From the human T2T-CHM13v2.0 reference genome, Homo sapiens: DNA of 64,000 bases. The position numbers and the translations under genes are program-made. The stretch lies in NCBI RefSeq assembly GCF_009914755.1, contig NC_060930.1; one strand, written 5' to 3'. The stretch's first letter is position 1. Each line of letters begins with the position of its first letter. Positions 30,109 through 45,299 of this stretch are shown here, in pieces. The notes beneath the pieces were generated by a model that saw only the letters and a list, made by a program, of their open reading frames with translations, was not told the origin of the DNA and did no database searches.

Positions 30109-30404
30109 CAGTAGGCCCTCCATATCCGCAGGTTCCACATCTGCAGACTCAACCAACCGTGGATCAAAAATATTAACAATAAAAATAATCAAACTTTAAA
30201 AACAATATAGTATGGCAACTATTTACACAGCACTTACATTGTATTACGTATTGTAAGGAATCTAGAGATGATTTAAAGTATACAGAAGTAAGTGTGTAGA
30301 TTATATGTAAATACTACACTATTCTATATAAAGGACTTGAGCATCCTCAGATTTTGGTATCAGGGGTCCTGGAACCAAGCCTCCACAATACCAAAGGATG
30401 TCTT
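30109..30404 (-). mobile_element. MER2 (TcMar-Tigger MITE)
   Basis: CAGTAGGCCCTCCATATCC terminus, TA on both flanks, recalled MER2 internal sequence. Confidence 0.82.
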
Positions 30405-30859
30405 TATTTGCAAAAGACATGTTCGATAAAGGCCTCTCATCCAAATATACAAAGAACTCTAAACTCAACAATAAGAAAACTAACAACCCAATTAAGAAAT
30501 GGGCTTTATAAAGACCTTTACAGAGACCTCATCAAAGATGATATACAGGCAGCAAACAAGCATATGAAAAGGTGTTCCACCTCATACATCATCAGGAAAA
30601 TGCAAATTAAAACAACAAAATACTACACATTTATTAGAAAGGCAAAATCCAGAACACTGACAACACCAAATGCTAAGTAGGATGTGGAGCAACAGAACCC
30701 TCATGTATTGCTGGAATGCAAAATGGTACAGCCTCTTTGGAAGACAGTTTGGTGGTTTTTTTACAAAACTAAATATACAAAATTAAATATATAGAAAACT
30801 AAATATACTCTTACCACATGATCCAGCAATTGAGCTCCTAAGTATTTAGGCAAGAGAGT

Positions 30860-31586
30860 TGGGAACCAAAATAAAAGTCCTAACCCTTCCAACAGACTAC
30901 TGGACCCTCCTTTAGCTAAAAGACCCCAAAATTTTAAGTTAGCAGCCATGGCAAGACAGTAAGCTGTTCATGATCCATTTGCTTCCAACCCACTTCTCTC
31001 CTTTCTAATCACTGGATTTTCTCAAAAGCCAGTGTGAGAAAACAAAAGTCCAAAAGACCCCTTCGTTCAAGTCATCTAAACACACCCCCTCCTGTTTTTA
31101 TAGTTTCAACATGACAACTATTTTAGGCCACAAAGATTTTCTTCTTGATAAGTGGCTTTTGGAAGGGACTGGTTCTGGCCAGTCACCTGAGGATGCAGTT
31201 TATGGACTTCTTCCCTACATTTCACCTTTTACATATAGAACCTAACTACAATGCATTTAAATATTAAATCTCCACCTCAAAGTGATTATGGGAGGTATTT
31301 TACATATGAGTAAACCTAAAACGCATGTGTGTGGGTCTCCTTCATGAATATTCATGGTTCCTTCTGTAACCTGTTGAATATAGCTGTATGCCTAGCCAAT
31401 CATCAGCATAAGTTCTTATCTTAAACCCTCACCTTACTGGACCCCACTCTGCCTGGAAATGCCTCTCAATTTCTGCTGAGACTATGCCTCCCAGCCTGTC
31501 AGAATGGCCTATACAAGCTGCAAACCTTTGTGAGAAATGAAGCTCTCCTTTCCAAATCTATGAACCTCATCATTCTTCAGCTGACA
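30860..31586 (+). mobile_element. ERV1 (MER4-group, LTR29/48/49-like) solo LTR
   Basis: TG...CA termini with 4-bp TSD GAGT. Subfamily uncertain. Confidence 0.75.
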
Positions 31587-31855
31587 GAGTTGAAAGCTGA
31601 CATCCACACAAAAACCTACACACGGCTGTTTACAGCAACTTTCCTCATAATTGCCAAAACCTGGAAACAACCAAGATGTCCTTCAGTAGGTGAATGTTGA
31701 TAAACTGTGGTACATCCAGACAATGGGATATTACTCAGCACTAAAAGCAAATGAGCCATCAAGCCATGAAAAGACATGGAGAAACTTAAATGCATATTAC
31801 TAAGTGAATAAAGCCAAACCCACAGAATATACAACACCAAAAGTGAACCCTAATG

Positions 31856-32189
31856 CAGGGGTCCCCAAACCCCAGGCCACAAACCAGCACCGGTCAGTGG
31901 CCTGTTGGGAGCCCAGCTGCACAGCAGGAGGTGAGTGGCTGCAGGTGAGTGAGGGCAGCTGAGCACCACCTCCTGTCAGATCAATGGCAGCATTAAATTC
32001 TCATAGAAGCACAAACCCACTGCACATGCAAGGGATATAGGTTGTGCGCTCCTTATGAGAATCTAATGATAAATATAATGCAATGCACCTGAATCATCCC
32101 AAAACCAACCACCCCACTCCACCCTGGTCCGTGGAAAAACTATCTTCCACCAAACCAGTTCCTGGTGCCAAAAAGGTTGGGGACTGCTA
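31856..32189 (+). mobile_element. MER1-type hAT-Charlie element
   Basis: CAGGGGTCCCCAA...TTGGGGACTGCTA termini, perfect 8-bp TSD CCCTAATG. Confidence 0.92.
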
Positions 32190-33123
32190 CCCTAATGCAT
32201 GAACACTGGGTGATAATAGTGTGTCCATGTAGTTTTATCAATTGTAACAAATATACTACACTAGTAGGAGATAATGACATTGGAGGAGGCTGTGCATGTG
32301 TGGGGACAAGAGATATACAGGAAATCTCTGTACCTCCCAATGAATTTTCCTGCTGCTCTAAAAAAACTGCTCTAAAAAATACAGTCTATTTTTTAAAATG
32401 AGACATCACTACCACAAGGAAATACCATTATACTATCAAAATGGCTAAATTTTTTTACACTAAGTGGTAGCAAAGATAAAAAGAAAACTAGATCACTTAT
32501 ACATACATTGCTGATGGAAATGGTACAGTCACTCTAGAAAACTGTGTGGCAGTTTCTTTAAAATCTAAATATGCTACTACACAATCCAGCTACTACACTC
32601 CTAGGCATCTACTCACCCAAAGAAATGAAGACATAGGTTCACAGAAAAACCTATACCCACATGTTTATAGCAACTTTACTCATAATAGTCAAAAACTGAA
32701 AACATCCCAAATGTTTTTCAATAGGTAAATGGTTAAAGTGTATTCTCTCCAATACCACCATTACTGAATGCTACTCATCAATAAAAAGGAATGGACTGTT
32801 GATACATGTAACAACTGGATGAAAATCCAGAGAAAAAAGCCACTTTCAAATTCCAGTTATGATTCCATTTATAAAGTATTCTTGAAAAACAAAACTATAG
32901 AAATGGAGAGTAAATGGCTTCCAAGAGTTAAGAGATAAAGGAGAGGGGGCAGAGAGAGAAGTGGGTGTGGGAAACATGAGGTATGTGGAAATGTTCTGAA
33001 TCTCAGCTCTATCAATGTCAATACCCTGGTTACAACACTATTATTTCTTAAAACTGTATATAAATCTATAATTATCTCAAAGTAAGAAGTTTAGTTAAAA
33101 AGATGAAGGAAAAACTCTTATGA

Positions 33124-33428
<305 letters not shown>

Positions 33429-33485
33429 GATTAGAGGGACAATTTTATTTGATATACAGCAACACTGAACATTATTAAATATTCA

Positions 33486-33926
<441 letters not shown>

Positions 33927-34349
33927 TCAATTAAGTGTGATTACATAGCTTCCTCTAGCTGAAGAACTCTGTTTTCTGCTTCCGGGCATTAAACTTTTAA
34001 AGACGTACTGCTGTGTTATTAAAAATGTTGGAACTATCCACTTATCTTCAAATGTCAGTACTCTGCTCTAGAATAATTGATAGGTGGCATCTGTGATTAT
34101 ACATACATGCGTTAGCTGAAAATCAGGGCTCAGGAAAATTCAATAATAATGCATGATAATATAAATAGGATATCCACATGGAATATGAAAACAATCCATT
34201 TTTTTCTGCTATATATCTACTAAATTTTTTCTACAATCATCACTTAAAATTTTTAAATTTTACATTATTTTATTTGAATTATTTCCTTAATTATTATTTA
34301 ATAACAGTTTAATAGCACAGCATTTTCCTACTCTTAGCTTGATTTGTCT

Positions 34350-34644
34350 TTTTTTTTTTTTTGAGACGAGTCTCGCTGTCACCCAGGCTGGGTGGAGTGC
34401 AGTGGCGCGATCTCTGCTCACTGTAAGCGCTGCCTCCCGGGTTCACGCCATTCTCCTGCCTCAGCCTCCGGAGCAGCTGAGACTACAGGTGCCCACCACC
34501 ACACCCCGCTAATTTTTGGCATTTTTAGTAGAGATGAGGTTTCACCGTGTTAACCAGGATGGTCTCCATCTCCTGACCTCGTGATCCACCCGCCTCCGCC
34601 TCCCAAAGTGCTGGGATTGCAGGTGTGAGCCACCGCGCCCAGCT
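34350..34644 (-). mobile_element. AluY
   Basis: TSD ~GATTTGTC. Confidence 0.95.
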
Positions 34645-37114
34645 AGATTTGTCCTTTTAATTTAAATACTTTTTAGCTAATTTAAGGTTTTTCAATGTTC
34701 TTTCAATGTTTATTTCCACTTACTCACTTTTACTTAACTTTTATTTGACTTTTTCTGTTTTACCCATCACTTATTTTATTGTCTAGTACAGTGCTACTCA
34801 AAGGATATCAATGGACCAGTGCCAATCTGTACTATTTGTTACAAGTTAGATGCAGAAATAAATAAGCATCTAGAAATGTTATTGTACTATAATTAGAAAG
34901 AGAAATTTTAAATTCGTTCAACTTTACATAAAACCTGTAGAAGCACAAATCTTTACTAATGCCTAATACAGTAAGTCTCAATTCAGGGCTTACAGAATTA
35001 TTCATAAAAGTTAAGAAGTTCCCCTACATGAATTTTAGGCTCTCATTTCAATGACAGTTCTTAAAAAATTAATAAGCACATTACAGATTATCTGAACAGC
35101 CAACTTAAAACATTATTTCCACATAATTTCAATGCTCCCGTATCTGTATAGCAGCCTTAAAAAGATTTATCACATAATTCAATGTCCCCATCTGTGTTTT
35201 ACGGTTGAAATAGCAGTTGCTTCTAAGTAAAGAGCAAATGACATCACTGGGTATTTACCATTATTTGAAAGAAGATAGCTTTACAGAATTATTCATTGAT
35301 ACCCTATTGAAACCGGCATGCAAGGAATGCCTTCTGGCAGTTTAAACATAAGGGTAACAAAACAACAAACGTGCATAAAATTAATTATACCAGTTTTTTT
35401 TAACCACACTTTTAGGATTAGTTGTTCTCTATGTCAGTATTAAAATCAAAATATATAAACAAATTAATAAAACCAGACCTAAAGCTACCTCTATCATACT
35501 AAGCTCAACATTAATGATTCACTTTTAATAAAACATTGTCACATTATTTTATTTAATGCATTTATTTATTTAAATGCAATTTATCAATTAAATTTAGGCT
35601 TTATACATGTATAAAGTATATAAGCAGCCTTAAAAGCCTTATACATTTAAATTAACAAATCAAATTTGAAAAACAGTGGCCAAAGAGACACTTTTACCAG
35701 CTTTGAGGTTCAGAACAACCACTTAAAGCTTTGTAGATTCTAGACTTCTCTCAGAATGAGACTTTTCAATTCAAGTGATTCAACACTCACATTAAAGCAC
35801 CAGAAGAAGGTGTTCTGTCACCAGATCTATTCTAATTCTGATCTGTGGTCTGTAATCTATACCAAAATTTTTTTTCAATCAGGTAACATCCCATCTAAAT
35901 GAGCTCAAAGTCCTGCCTAAACTATTATCAAAAATGGCAACCAGCCTAGTCTCACAAGTGCAAACCTATTAGCTGGATAATTATTTTTTTTTAAGAATAC
36001 CCAGCAAATAGCATAAATAGGCTGGGACTATATGTAAATGAAAAAATAAATATAAGAAACGATGCCAAATCTCACTAATGGTGGGAGAAGTGAAAAAGAC
36101 AATAAATTTTCTGGATTTTTAAAACTATCAAGTTGATAAAAGAAAGACTGGTGTCAACCAAGTGAGGGGAATGTTCATATATTTTTGTGGCCTTGCAAAT
36201 TGGTACAACCTTTCTAAAGGGCAAACTGGAAAGTGGTATCTAAATGTCAATATAGACATGACCTTCTACTGAGAATTTATCCTAAGGAAATATCAGACAA
36301 TTACAAATAAATATGAGTATAAGGACATTCCTGACAGCACTGCTTAAAGTAAATGCCTATGAACAAAATATAAACTGTTAATTAGTTGATAATGTTTAAG
36401 TGCTAAAAATGATTTTATCAACCTATTTTTTAACATGGAAGAACATCCAGAATATATCTAGTGTGTATGGAAGAGAAGCATTTTATGTAGCTATATACAT
36501 AATATGATTCCACAGCTGGAGAAGAGTTTGTACATTTACATACATGGAAGAAGCTTTCAGGGAGCTCTATATCTAAATGCTAACACTGACTATGTTTTAC
36601 TAAAGGAAGAAATACATTACAGGAACATTTACTCCATCATTGGTTATTATTATTATTCAATCTACCAGTTTATGTGGGGAAATGCTGAAAATTATGCATA
36701 CTGATTTGCAGATTACATCAACATTTGATTCTGAGATTAGAAACCAGCTATAGCTCAAGATACGCAAATTCAGATTCCTAGTAACAATTTTTACAAAAGC
36801 TGCATAAAATGGCTAGAATTAAAACCCTTGCTTTTTGGCAATATAACTATTTTGAGCAGTATAAAGTCATGCTCCATTAAAGCCTACAACACACCTCCAC
36901 CCTATTGATTGTTGACAAGTCTTGGCCAATAAACCATTTGTGGATTAAAAGGCAATAATCATTCTCTCTCTCACTCTCTCTCCACTCACTCACTTTCTCA
37001 CTCCAGTAATGGGGAGGAAAGCCCACTGTACATATTAATGCTATGGTGTTATTATCACAAGCTAGGACAACCTTCAATCATTAGTCTTGTATAATTAACT
37101 ATTGCCAGAAAAAC

Positions 37115-37327
37115 AGTTCAATAAAACCTTTTTCTGTCAAGAGCCAGATTGTAAATATTTTCAGTTTTGTGGGTCACTCAATCTCCGTCTCAACTAGCCA
37201 ATTCTGCCACTGTAGTCTAAATCAGCTGTAGACAATAAAATGGATGTGGCTATGTTGTAATAAAACTTTATTTACAAAAACAGGTGACAAGTCCAATGAA
37301 ACCTGGGGGCCAGTTTGCAGACTCCTG
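37115..37327 (+). mobile_element. MER58-like hAT element
   Basis: ttttctgtcaagagccagattgtaaatattttc...ccagtttgcagactcctg. Confidence 0.7.
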
Positions 37328-37624
37328 AGATGTGGTAAAAAATCATTCTAACTGAAAAGAGTCCCTAAAATTCAACTGATTCATAAGTAACTACAGCCAG
37401 CATATTAATTCATTTCTTTATTTGGAAGAAAAGTGAGCTCATCCTAGAGTACATATCAGCAAGCCAGGCTGCCCAGAATCTGACAATTCATGAAAGCACT
37501 ACTGAGGTTTTTCAAGGATTACAAAGACAAATAAATGTCAACAAGTGTTTTAGGTTTCTTTTTCCAGAATAAATGATCTCAGTTTATCCATATGGTATGG
37601 AACTCCTGGACAATGTCAAATATG

Positions 37625-38099
37625 TGTGATGGTTAATTTTACATGACAACTTGACTGGACCATGGGGTGCCCAGATATGCAGTCAAACATTACTTCCGTG
37701 AAGGTGTTTGGATGAGCTCAACATTCAGATTGGTCGACTGGATAAGGCAGACTGCCCTCCATAATGTGGGTGGGCTTCACTGAACCAGCTGAAGGCCTGA
37801 ACACAACAAAAAAGCTAACCATCCCCTAAGCAGAAGAGAATTCTTCTTGCCTGATCCCCTTTGATTAAATACACTAGTACACTGGCTTTTTCCTACCTTC
37901 AAGCTTGAACTGATCTCTTCCTGGGGCTTGAGCCTGCCAGCCTTCAGACTGGAACTATGCTATCAACAATCCCAGGTCTCCAGCTTGCCAAATCACCTCA
38001 CAGATCTTGGGACCTGTCAGCCACCATAATCTCATGAGCCAATTCTTAATTAATTAATTAAATGCTATTGGCTCTGTTTCTCTGGAGAACTTCAATACA
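37625..38099 (+). mobile_element. MLT2 (ERVL) solo LTR
   Basis: TGTGATGGTTAATTTT...TCTGTTTCTCTGGAGAAC...TACA, imperfect 5-bp TSD ATATG/ATATT. Confidence 0.87.
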
Positions 38100-38557
38100 A
38101 TATTGGGAAAACTAGAAAAATTCTAATCTTGCCTACAGATATGAAAAAGTGGGGACAGCCTTCTATTTAGAAAAGAACAATAGTTGTAATCCTCAATTTC
38201 CATTACAGTATTTCAATATCATCTACTCAATATGATACCTATTCCACAGATTTCCAAAGCACATCAGTACAATCTCAACTATCTGTTATCTAACTTTTAT
38301 ACAAAAAAAGCTATAAGAAATGACAGAGAAAATGGTCTAAGACATGCTATCATTCCGCCCCTCTAGAAACCCTAAATTCTATCTTTGAATCACAGAGCAG
38401 TACATACATACTTAGAGCCTTTTTATTTAGCAACTCAGGGAAATGATCTTCCTAAAATTTCTTTCAGTGTACTGCCACCTTATAAACTTGAACCTCTGAC
38501 TTTTACAGAAGGACACAAAAAGTAAGCAAACCACATAAATCATCAAATTGTTGTCTA

Positions 38558-38844
38558 GGCCGGGCAAGGTGGCTCACACCTGTAATCCCAGCACTTTGGG
38601 AGGCCAACGCTGGCAGACAGCTTGAGTTCAAGAGTTTAAGACCAGCCTGGAAAACATGGCAAAAGCCCATCTCTACAAAAGAAAAAAAAAAAAAATTCAA
38701 AAAAATGCCTCTGTGCATGGTGGCACATGCCTGTAGTCTCAGCTACCTGGGAAGCTAAGCTACTTGAACCCAGGAGGTGGAGGCTGCAGTAAGCCGAGAT
38801 CATGCCACTACACTCCAGCCTGGGTAATAAAGCAAGACTGTCTC

Positions 38845-38872
<28 letters not shown>
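38558..38872 (+). mobile_element. AluJ-like
   Basis: Dimer, long A-tail, TSD ~TTGTCTA. Confidence 0.9.
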
Positions 38873-38875
<3 letters not shown>

Positions 38876-39257
38876 GTCTATATATTTAAGAAGTTAAAGG
38901 CAAACACTAAAAATATTTGCAGATATGGTATTAATGCATAATTATAAAGAGATCATAAGCAAACTAAAAATAAATAAATAAATACTAAATGGTTTAGTCT
39001 AAATGGACAAAGGACAAACCCCAAAGGGAAAAACACAAATAAAAAATTCTGAAAAATAGTCCAAGCCCACTGGTAAGCAAGTAGTATCAAATTCAGAAGA
39101 CATGCTATTTTTCAGCTATCAATCTAGCAAAAATGTTAAAAGAACAAAACAACAGTGTTCCTAGATACTCCCATACACTGATAATGGTAATGTTAATTTA
39201 TTCATTACAAAAACACAACCTTTTGATAGGCTATTAGGCAATATACATCATGTGTAG

Positions 39258-39366
39258 CACATGCCTGTAATACCAGCTACTCAGGAAGCCAAGGTAAGAT
39301 TGCTTAAGCCCAGGAGTTCGAGACCAGCCTGGGCAACATAGTGAGACCGTCTCAAAAAAAAAAAAA
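39258..39366 (+). mobile_element. FLAM/Alu monomer
   Basis: Single arm with A-tail. Confidence 0.8.
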
Positions 39367-41671
39367 GGAAAAGAATTAACTATATAAATTGATCTCCTCC
39401 CACCTGAACTAATTTGCCTTAACCTTTAAACATAACTATGTCTTTAAAAAGAAGATCTGGTATTGTATGTGCCTCAAACACTGAAGATGATTAACAAATG
39501 TCATGAAAATAACATTCTAATCTTTTAATTTAAACTGAAAAAATTCACAGTCTGAAAAGAATGACATGACTTGTCTTTAGACAAGTCAATCCAGAAGCAC
39601 AATACAGGAAGAAGTACATGTGAAATATGCTGACCAGGTGATTTAATAAGGAAAATTTTCTCACAGAATAGTTACAAGACTATGTTACTGAAATGGGAAT
39701 ATTGATATCTAGTATGCAATATGCACTTAAAAACTCAAAATAAGGCTGAATAACCTCTGGCAATAATGTCTTACCTAAAGACAAAAGGACTGCTGTAAGA
39801 ACAGCAAAGATCCCAAGAAACTCTACATTGGAACTCCTCCTTGGAAGACAATATGTTACATTTTTCAATACTAATTTTTTAATACTAATTTTAATTATTT
39901 TAATAGAATACTGAGTGCCTGCGGATAACATTAAAAATTCTGAATATTTCTCAGACAGGAAGATTAGCATTAAATAAAAAAGCAACCTATTTTACTTCTG
40001 AAGCTCTTTTATTGGAAGCAAAAATGCATACAGTATCAAGTATTCCACAGCATTTGAAGATATATGTAACTGCACTGAGAACAAGAACTACTCTCATTGA
40101 ATATTTTAATGACAGCTCTAAATTGAAGAAAATAAAAATAACACTACTGACAAAGCAGATTTATACTTTTAAATAAGCTGAATACATAATACAAATCGAG
40201 AATACAAATTGCAATGTTTTTCAGAATGCAGATTATCTGTCACCCATTAGTATGTTTTAAAATCAACTTGGAAACCAACACTTTCAAATAAAATAGTAGA
40301 TAAAGCATGTTTACCCTTATATTACATAAGTAGCACGCGGTTCACATTTTAACATCTCTGAAATATTAACAAGTACTTTTGCACAAAGAACCTATTCTGC
40401 TGCTGGAATAACTCCACTCAAGCCAGCCTCTACTCTACTATCTTCTAGAATCAAGCATGTTTATGTTATTCTTCTACTTACATAGATCTGTGAGCCCCTT
40501 ATGGCATATTAAATAAATTCAAACTCCTTAAGTTAGGCAAAGTTCTTCACCAATTGTCAGCTTCACTTTGCAACTTCTACCTACAAAAACTATCTAGCCA
40601 CACTTACCTAATCACTTCCTCCAAACAGATGAGACTCTTTCATGACTCCAAGCTGTTTCACTTCTGCACCTTAAGAGTCCTAGTTCAGAATTAACTTGTT
40701 CTGTCTTCCCTGATTCCTCCAGGTGGCATTAAATACTTTGTTCACTCCCAATATATTATTCAAAATTCCAACAACATTTAATAAATTATATTAACCCATA
40801 TGTATATGACTTTCTTCTCCCTCACCAAACTGTGAAAAATGAAAGGCAACTTTTTTTAGTGTCCAGTACCTAGCAAAGAGCTGCACACTTATACAGGGTC
40901 TCAATAAATGTAGTCATTATAACCACTGGATACCTAACAAATGTTCACAGAATAAAATTAGAATTTTGGAAGCCTTACAATTACAACTACAAAAATATCT
41001 TTGTGTTCAGAAAAAGGATTCAAACAAGCGTTTTGTTTGGTGGTTGTTGTCTGCTTATTTTAAAATCCAGGATATTTTAAACTATCCCTTGAGCCAGTAT
41101 GCATTTAAGTATCTATTTAGAGATCAGTAAATATTTATCAATGCAGCTTTTTTTAAGGTAATTTTAAATAATTTAGAGATCTGATGGCCAACATTCCTAA
41201 CATGGGAAAACAGTCTCCAATAGGTTAAAAAGACACAAAACTCACACAAAAAATTAGAACATTAAACGGTAAGAAAAAAACGTTCATATTAACAGTAGCC
41301 AAACAGAAAAAACCAACAAATCTGGAACTACACTGCAGAATATCTAGCTAAGATGACAGAAACATCACATAGTGTTATTTTCTCCATCCCAATCCTCCAC
41401 TCCATTTCAGTACTATTTATCTCTAGGGTAAGTGACTCCAATAGTCTTAGTTTGTTTCTTTTATCACAGAATTACCAGTATAGCTCAGTGGAAAAGATGT
41501 GCACTGTGAAACCAGGCTACCTGGGTTCAAGTTCATTCTACCTCTTATTAGCAGTAAGTCCTCATAAATCACTTAACCTCTCTGTGCCTCAATTTCTTCA
41601 TATGTAAGAGAAGAAAAAAATTATAGAATAGTACCTATATTATAGGGTTGTTGTGATCAATGAACATGTAA

Positions 41672-41983
<312 letters not shown>

Positions 41984-43787
41984 TGTAAATATATTTTTGA
42001 AAGTGCCAGACATATAATTAGGATCTCAATAAATGTTATTATTTTTATTACTGTCCATGCATAGAAATTTTCCAGAAGGATAACTAAAAACTATTAAAAA
42101 TGGAGTGGAGGACTGACATGAAAGGTAGATAAAAAAGCTTACTTCACTTTAAGCTTTTCTGTACTGAGTCAACATTTTACTGAGCATGTGTAACTTTAAT
42201 AATGAGAAGAAAAAAATCATCTGACAAATACCACATAACAATAATTCTTCTGCTCCTCATGAGGTACAGTACCCCACTCTCTTCCAAGTTTTTAACCTTG
42301 CTCTTTTCCCTCCCTATTTAATCAAGGACATCTACACTGTCACCAGCTTCTCTCTTAATATCTTACTAGCATGTTTACAACTACTTATCTCCTTCAAAAC
42401 ACAAACCCAATGCCCATCTCTCTGATAACCACCACTTTTTTAACATCATTCCAAGAGATTAAGCATAAGCTTTCTATCTCTATGATCTGCAAAGTGAATA
42501 CATGCATGCCAGGGAGTACACGAGCCAATCCACTGGCAAGCTGCTGGAAGAAAAAAACTTCTGTTTATACTGAAAATTATCTTTAGGAAAAAGTAATGCA
42601 TTAAATTTTGCTATAATATTTAACATACAGGTTAACACTAGTGCCCTTACTTGGATTATCAGAGCATTATGTTACATATATATAACATAAACGGAGGTGC
42701 TCTATACAGAGGGCTTGACGGTGACATCCTCCTCTGTTCATTTGATTTTTTCGTATGGGTATGCATTGCAGTTCATGGCTGGTTAAGCAGATTTGCATAT
42801 CGATAACATTAGGTAGTTTTACTTAAACTAGCCCTCACAAAATGGATTTGTGGCTCTATATTACTGCAAAGAAACCTGAAGTTGAAAAACCTGAAGATAA
42901 TACTAAAAATGTAAGTATAAACAAACAAGAAAATAGTCAAGCTGATGCCTCCCATGCACACACTTCAACATTCCTTTTGCAAGAGAAAAAAAAAAATTAC
43001 AAAATTAGATCTGACAGTAATATGTCACCTAGCATTTCTGTTTGAAAAAATAACCATTGATCCCCATAAGGGTAAAGATGATGCTTTCAAATGAAACGTT
43101 CAATATGGAGAGGGCATACTGGAAATCAACATGACTCTTGTATCTGCATATGCGAGTTGGAAAAAATAATTTTTAAAATATATCAACTGTATGTACCACT
43201 AAAAAAAAGGATGCCAATTAAATGACACCCTGAATTACATGATGCATCCATATATCAGAAATGCTAAAACATTTTTAAAGTACATTTTAAAATTGATAAA
43301 GTATAATAAATATTGCATACATAAAATAGGAGCATTTGGGTGAAATTTTTGCTGTTAGGCATGTCTAAAAAATAAGGAGTCCATTGGTTCTCTATGGTCT
43401 CAAAACATTTGCTATACCCTACCCTTTTTATGAAAGGTTTGTAAAATGTGTCAAAAAAATAAAAATAAACAACAGGTAGCAAAACGGGGAGGTGAATTGA
43501 GAAACTGTGCTGCTCCAATCCCAAAAGAGATCCAAAGATCTGCTCAGACATGAAAAGTTAGGTTCTAGCCAGAAGTAAAATTCTAGGCCAGAAGAAAGTA
43601 AGAATCAAGAATAAAGTAAGATCAGATTCCAAGATTGGGAATTAAACTTAAGCAGTCACTGAAGATGCTTTCACTCAGCTAAAATAAGGTTAGCAGCATC
43701 AAGTAAGTATACTTTCTCACATAAACACACTAGTTAAAAAATACCTACATTAAAATCTAGCTCAATCTAAGCTAATAGGCTTTCTTG

Positions 43788-44058
43788 GGTTGGGCACGGT
43801 GGTTCACATCTGTAACACCAGCACTTTGGGAGGCTGAGCAGGGTGGATCACCTAAGGTCAGGAGTTCGAGACCAGCCTGGCCAACACGGTGAAACCCTGT
43901 CTCTACTAAAAATATATATATATAATAAATTAGTCCAGCATGGTGGTGCACACCTGTAATCCCAGCTACTTGGGAGGCGGAGGTTGCAGTGAGCCGAGAT
44001 CACACCACTGCACTCCAGCCTGGGTGACAGAGAGACTCCGTCTCAAAAACAAAAAAAG
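43788..44058 (+). mobile_element. AluS with internal deletion in the right arm
   Basis: Dimer lacking the gctgaggcaggagaatc...acccgggag segment. Confidence 0.9.
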
Positions 44059-45299
44059 CTGTGTTCAAAAAAGCATTTTGGCAACTATTAGGAATAACAG
44101 CCACGTATTTAGTTTTTGGTAAGTCCTTGTTCCTGTTTAAAAACTGGGAAAATAAGGTACAGTTAACAACTAATGAGGCTGTTCATAAAACCACTACAAA
44201 TATATACAACTTGGTATTTCAGACGGGCTTATCTTTGTCCTAGAACATAAGAATCATACACAATACATTTAAATGGCTAAAGAAAAATAAAGTCTTAAAA
44301 TATTACAAAATAATTGAGAAAATTTATAAATATATGGAAGTTTTCTGTTCCCAAAATTAAAGCACTTAACTTCTAGTCCAACTTTTCAGTACATTATTCC
44401 TAAAATGAGACAGAATGCTCAGTATTAATGAGAATGCTTTAGAAAAGCTTCAGAAATGTCATAGCAAGGCCATATATATGTAATTTCTTATGGTCAGGAG
44501 GCAATCTCTGCCTCTACAAAAGCAATGTAATCAACTGGTAGAAAATGCTAAACTACATGAAACATAGTCCAAATCTTTCATCCCAAAATCTTTCAGAGAA
44601 ATATATAACTAAAAAGTATAGTTCATTTCAGAACTCTAAACTTTAATACTAAAAACTATTTTCAAAACGAGTATCAATAAAGCAAATAAGTTTCATTCAC
44701 TAGACATTAACAGTGTAGAAAGGCATACAACAGTTTCTGATCTTACATTAACTCTCTTTAAAGGAACTTAAAATCCTATCAACGACTTTAATTAATTTAG
44801 CACTACCTAATGAAGTCTTTAAACAATTTACAGCAGGAGAAAAAAAACAAAAGTAGGGGTAGAGTTACTTTTCTGAGGTAGATTCTCAGATCAGACAGAG
44901 GTTAAGAAAAGCATGAAATAAAACTAGATACAGTACTAAAGTCTGGTTCCCTGATTGAGAGAATCTTCTATTCTGAGGGGCGAGAACACTGTTAACACCA
45001 GTTCAGACGCCCTGAGCAGACAGAGTACCCTGGTCAAGACTTGGCCACTGTTCAGTGTAAGGAATCCCAGAAAACCCTTCAGTCCTAGGCAACCTATGAC
45101 ACACAACCCCTAGTTTTAAAACTGAAACGTCAGGCAAACCCAGACAACTGGTCACCCTAGCTTAATAAGTGGTAAAGAGCAATTCAAACATTTATTAAGC
45201 ACTTATGTATCAATCCTTATGCAATAAAGTCAGCTCCACTGGATTAGATAATCTCTAATTTCTGCTAGGTTTATATTTTTAAGTATCTCACTGAAACTG

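Larger units (their letters stand above)
28483..32392 (+). mobile_element. Second, internally deleted L1 (L1MC-like) nested in the first L1
   Basis: 5'UTR/ORF1 coiled-coil remnants (EMKNAFDGIISRLD) jump to late ORF2 near 29853, then 3'UTR. The outer L1 resumes at ~32395-33100. Confidence 0.65.
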
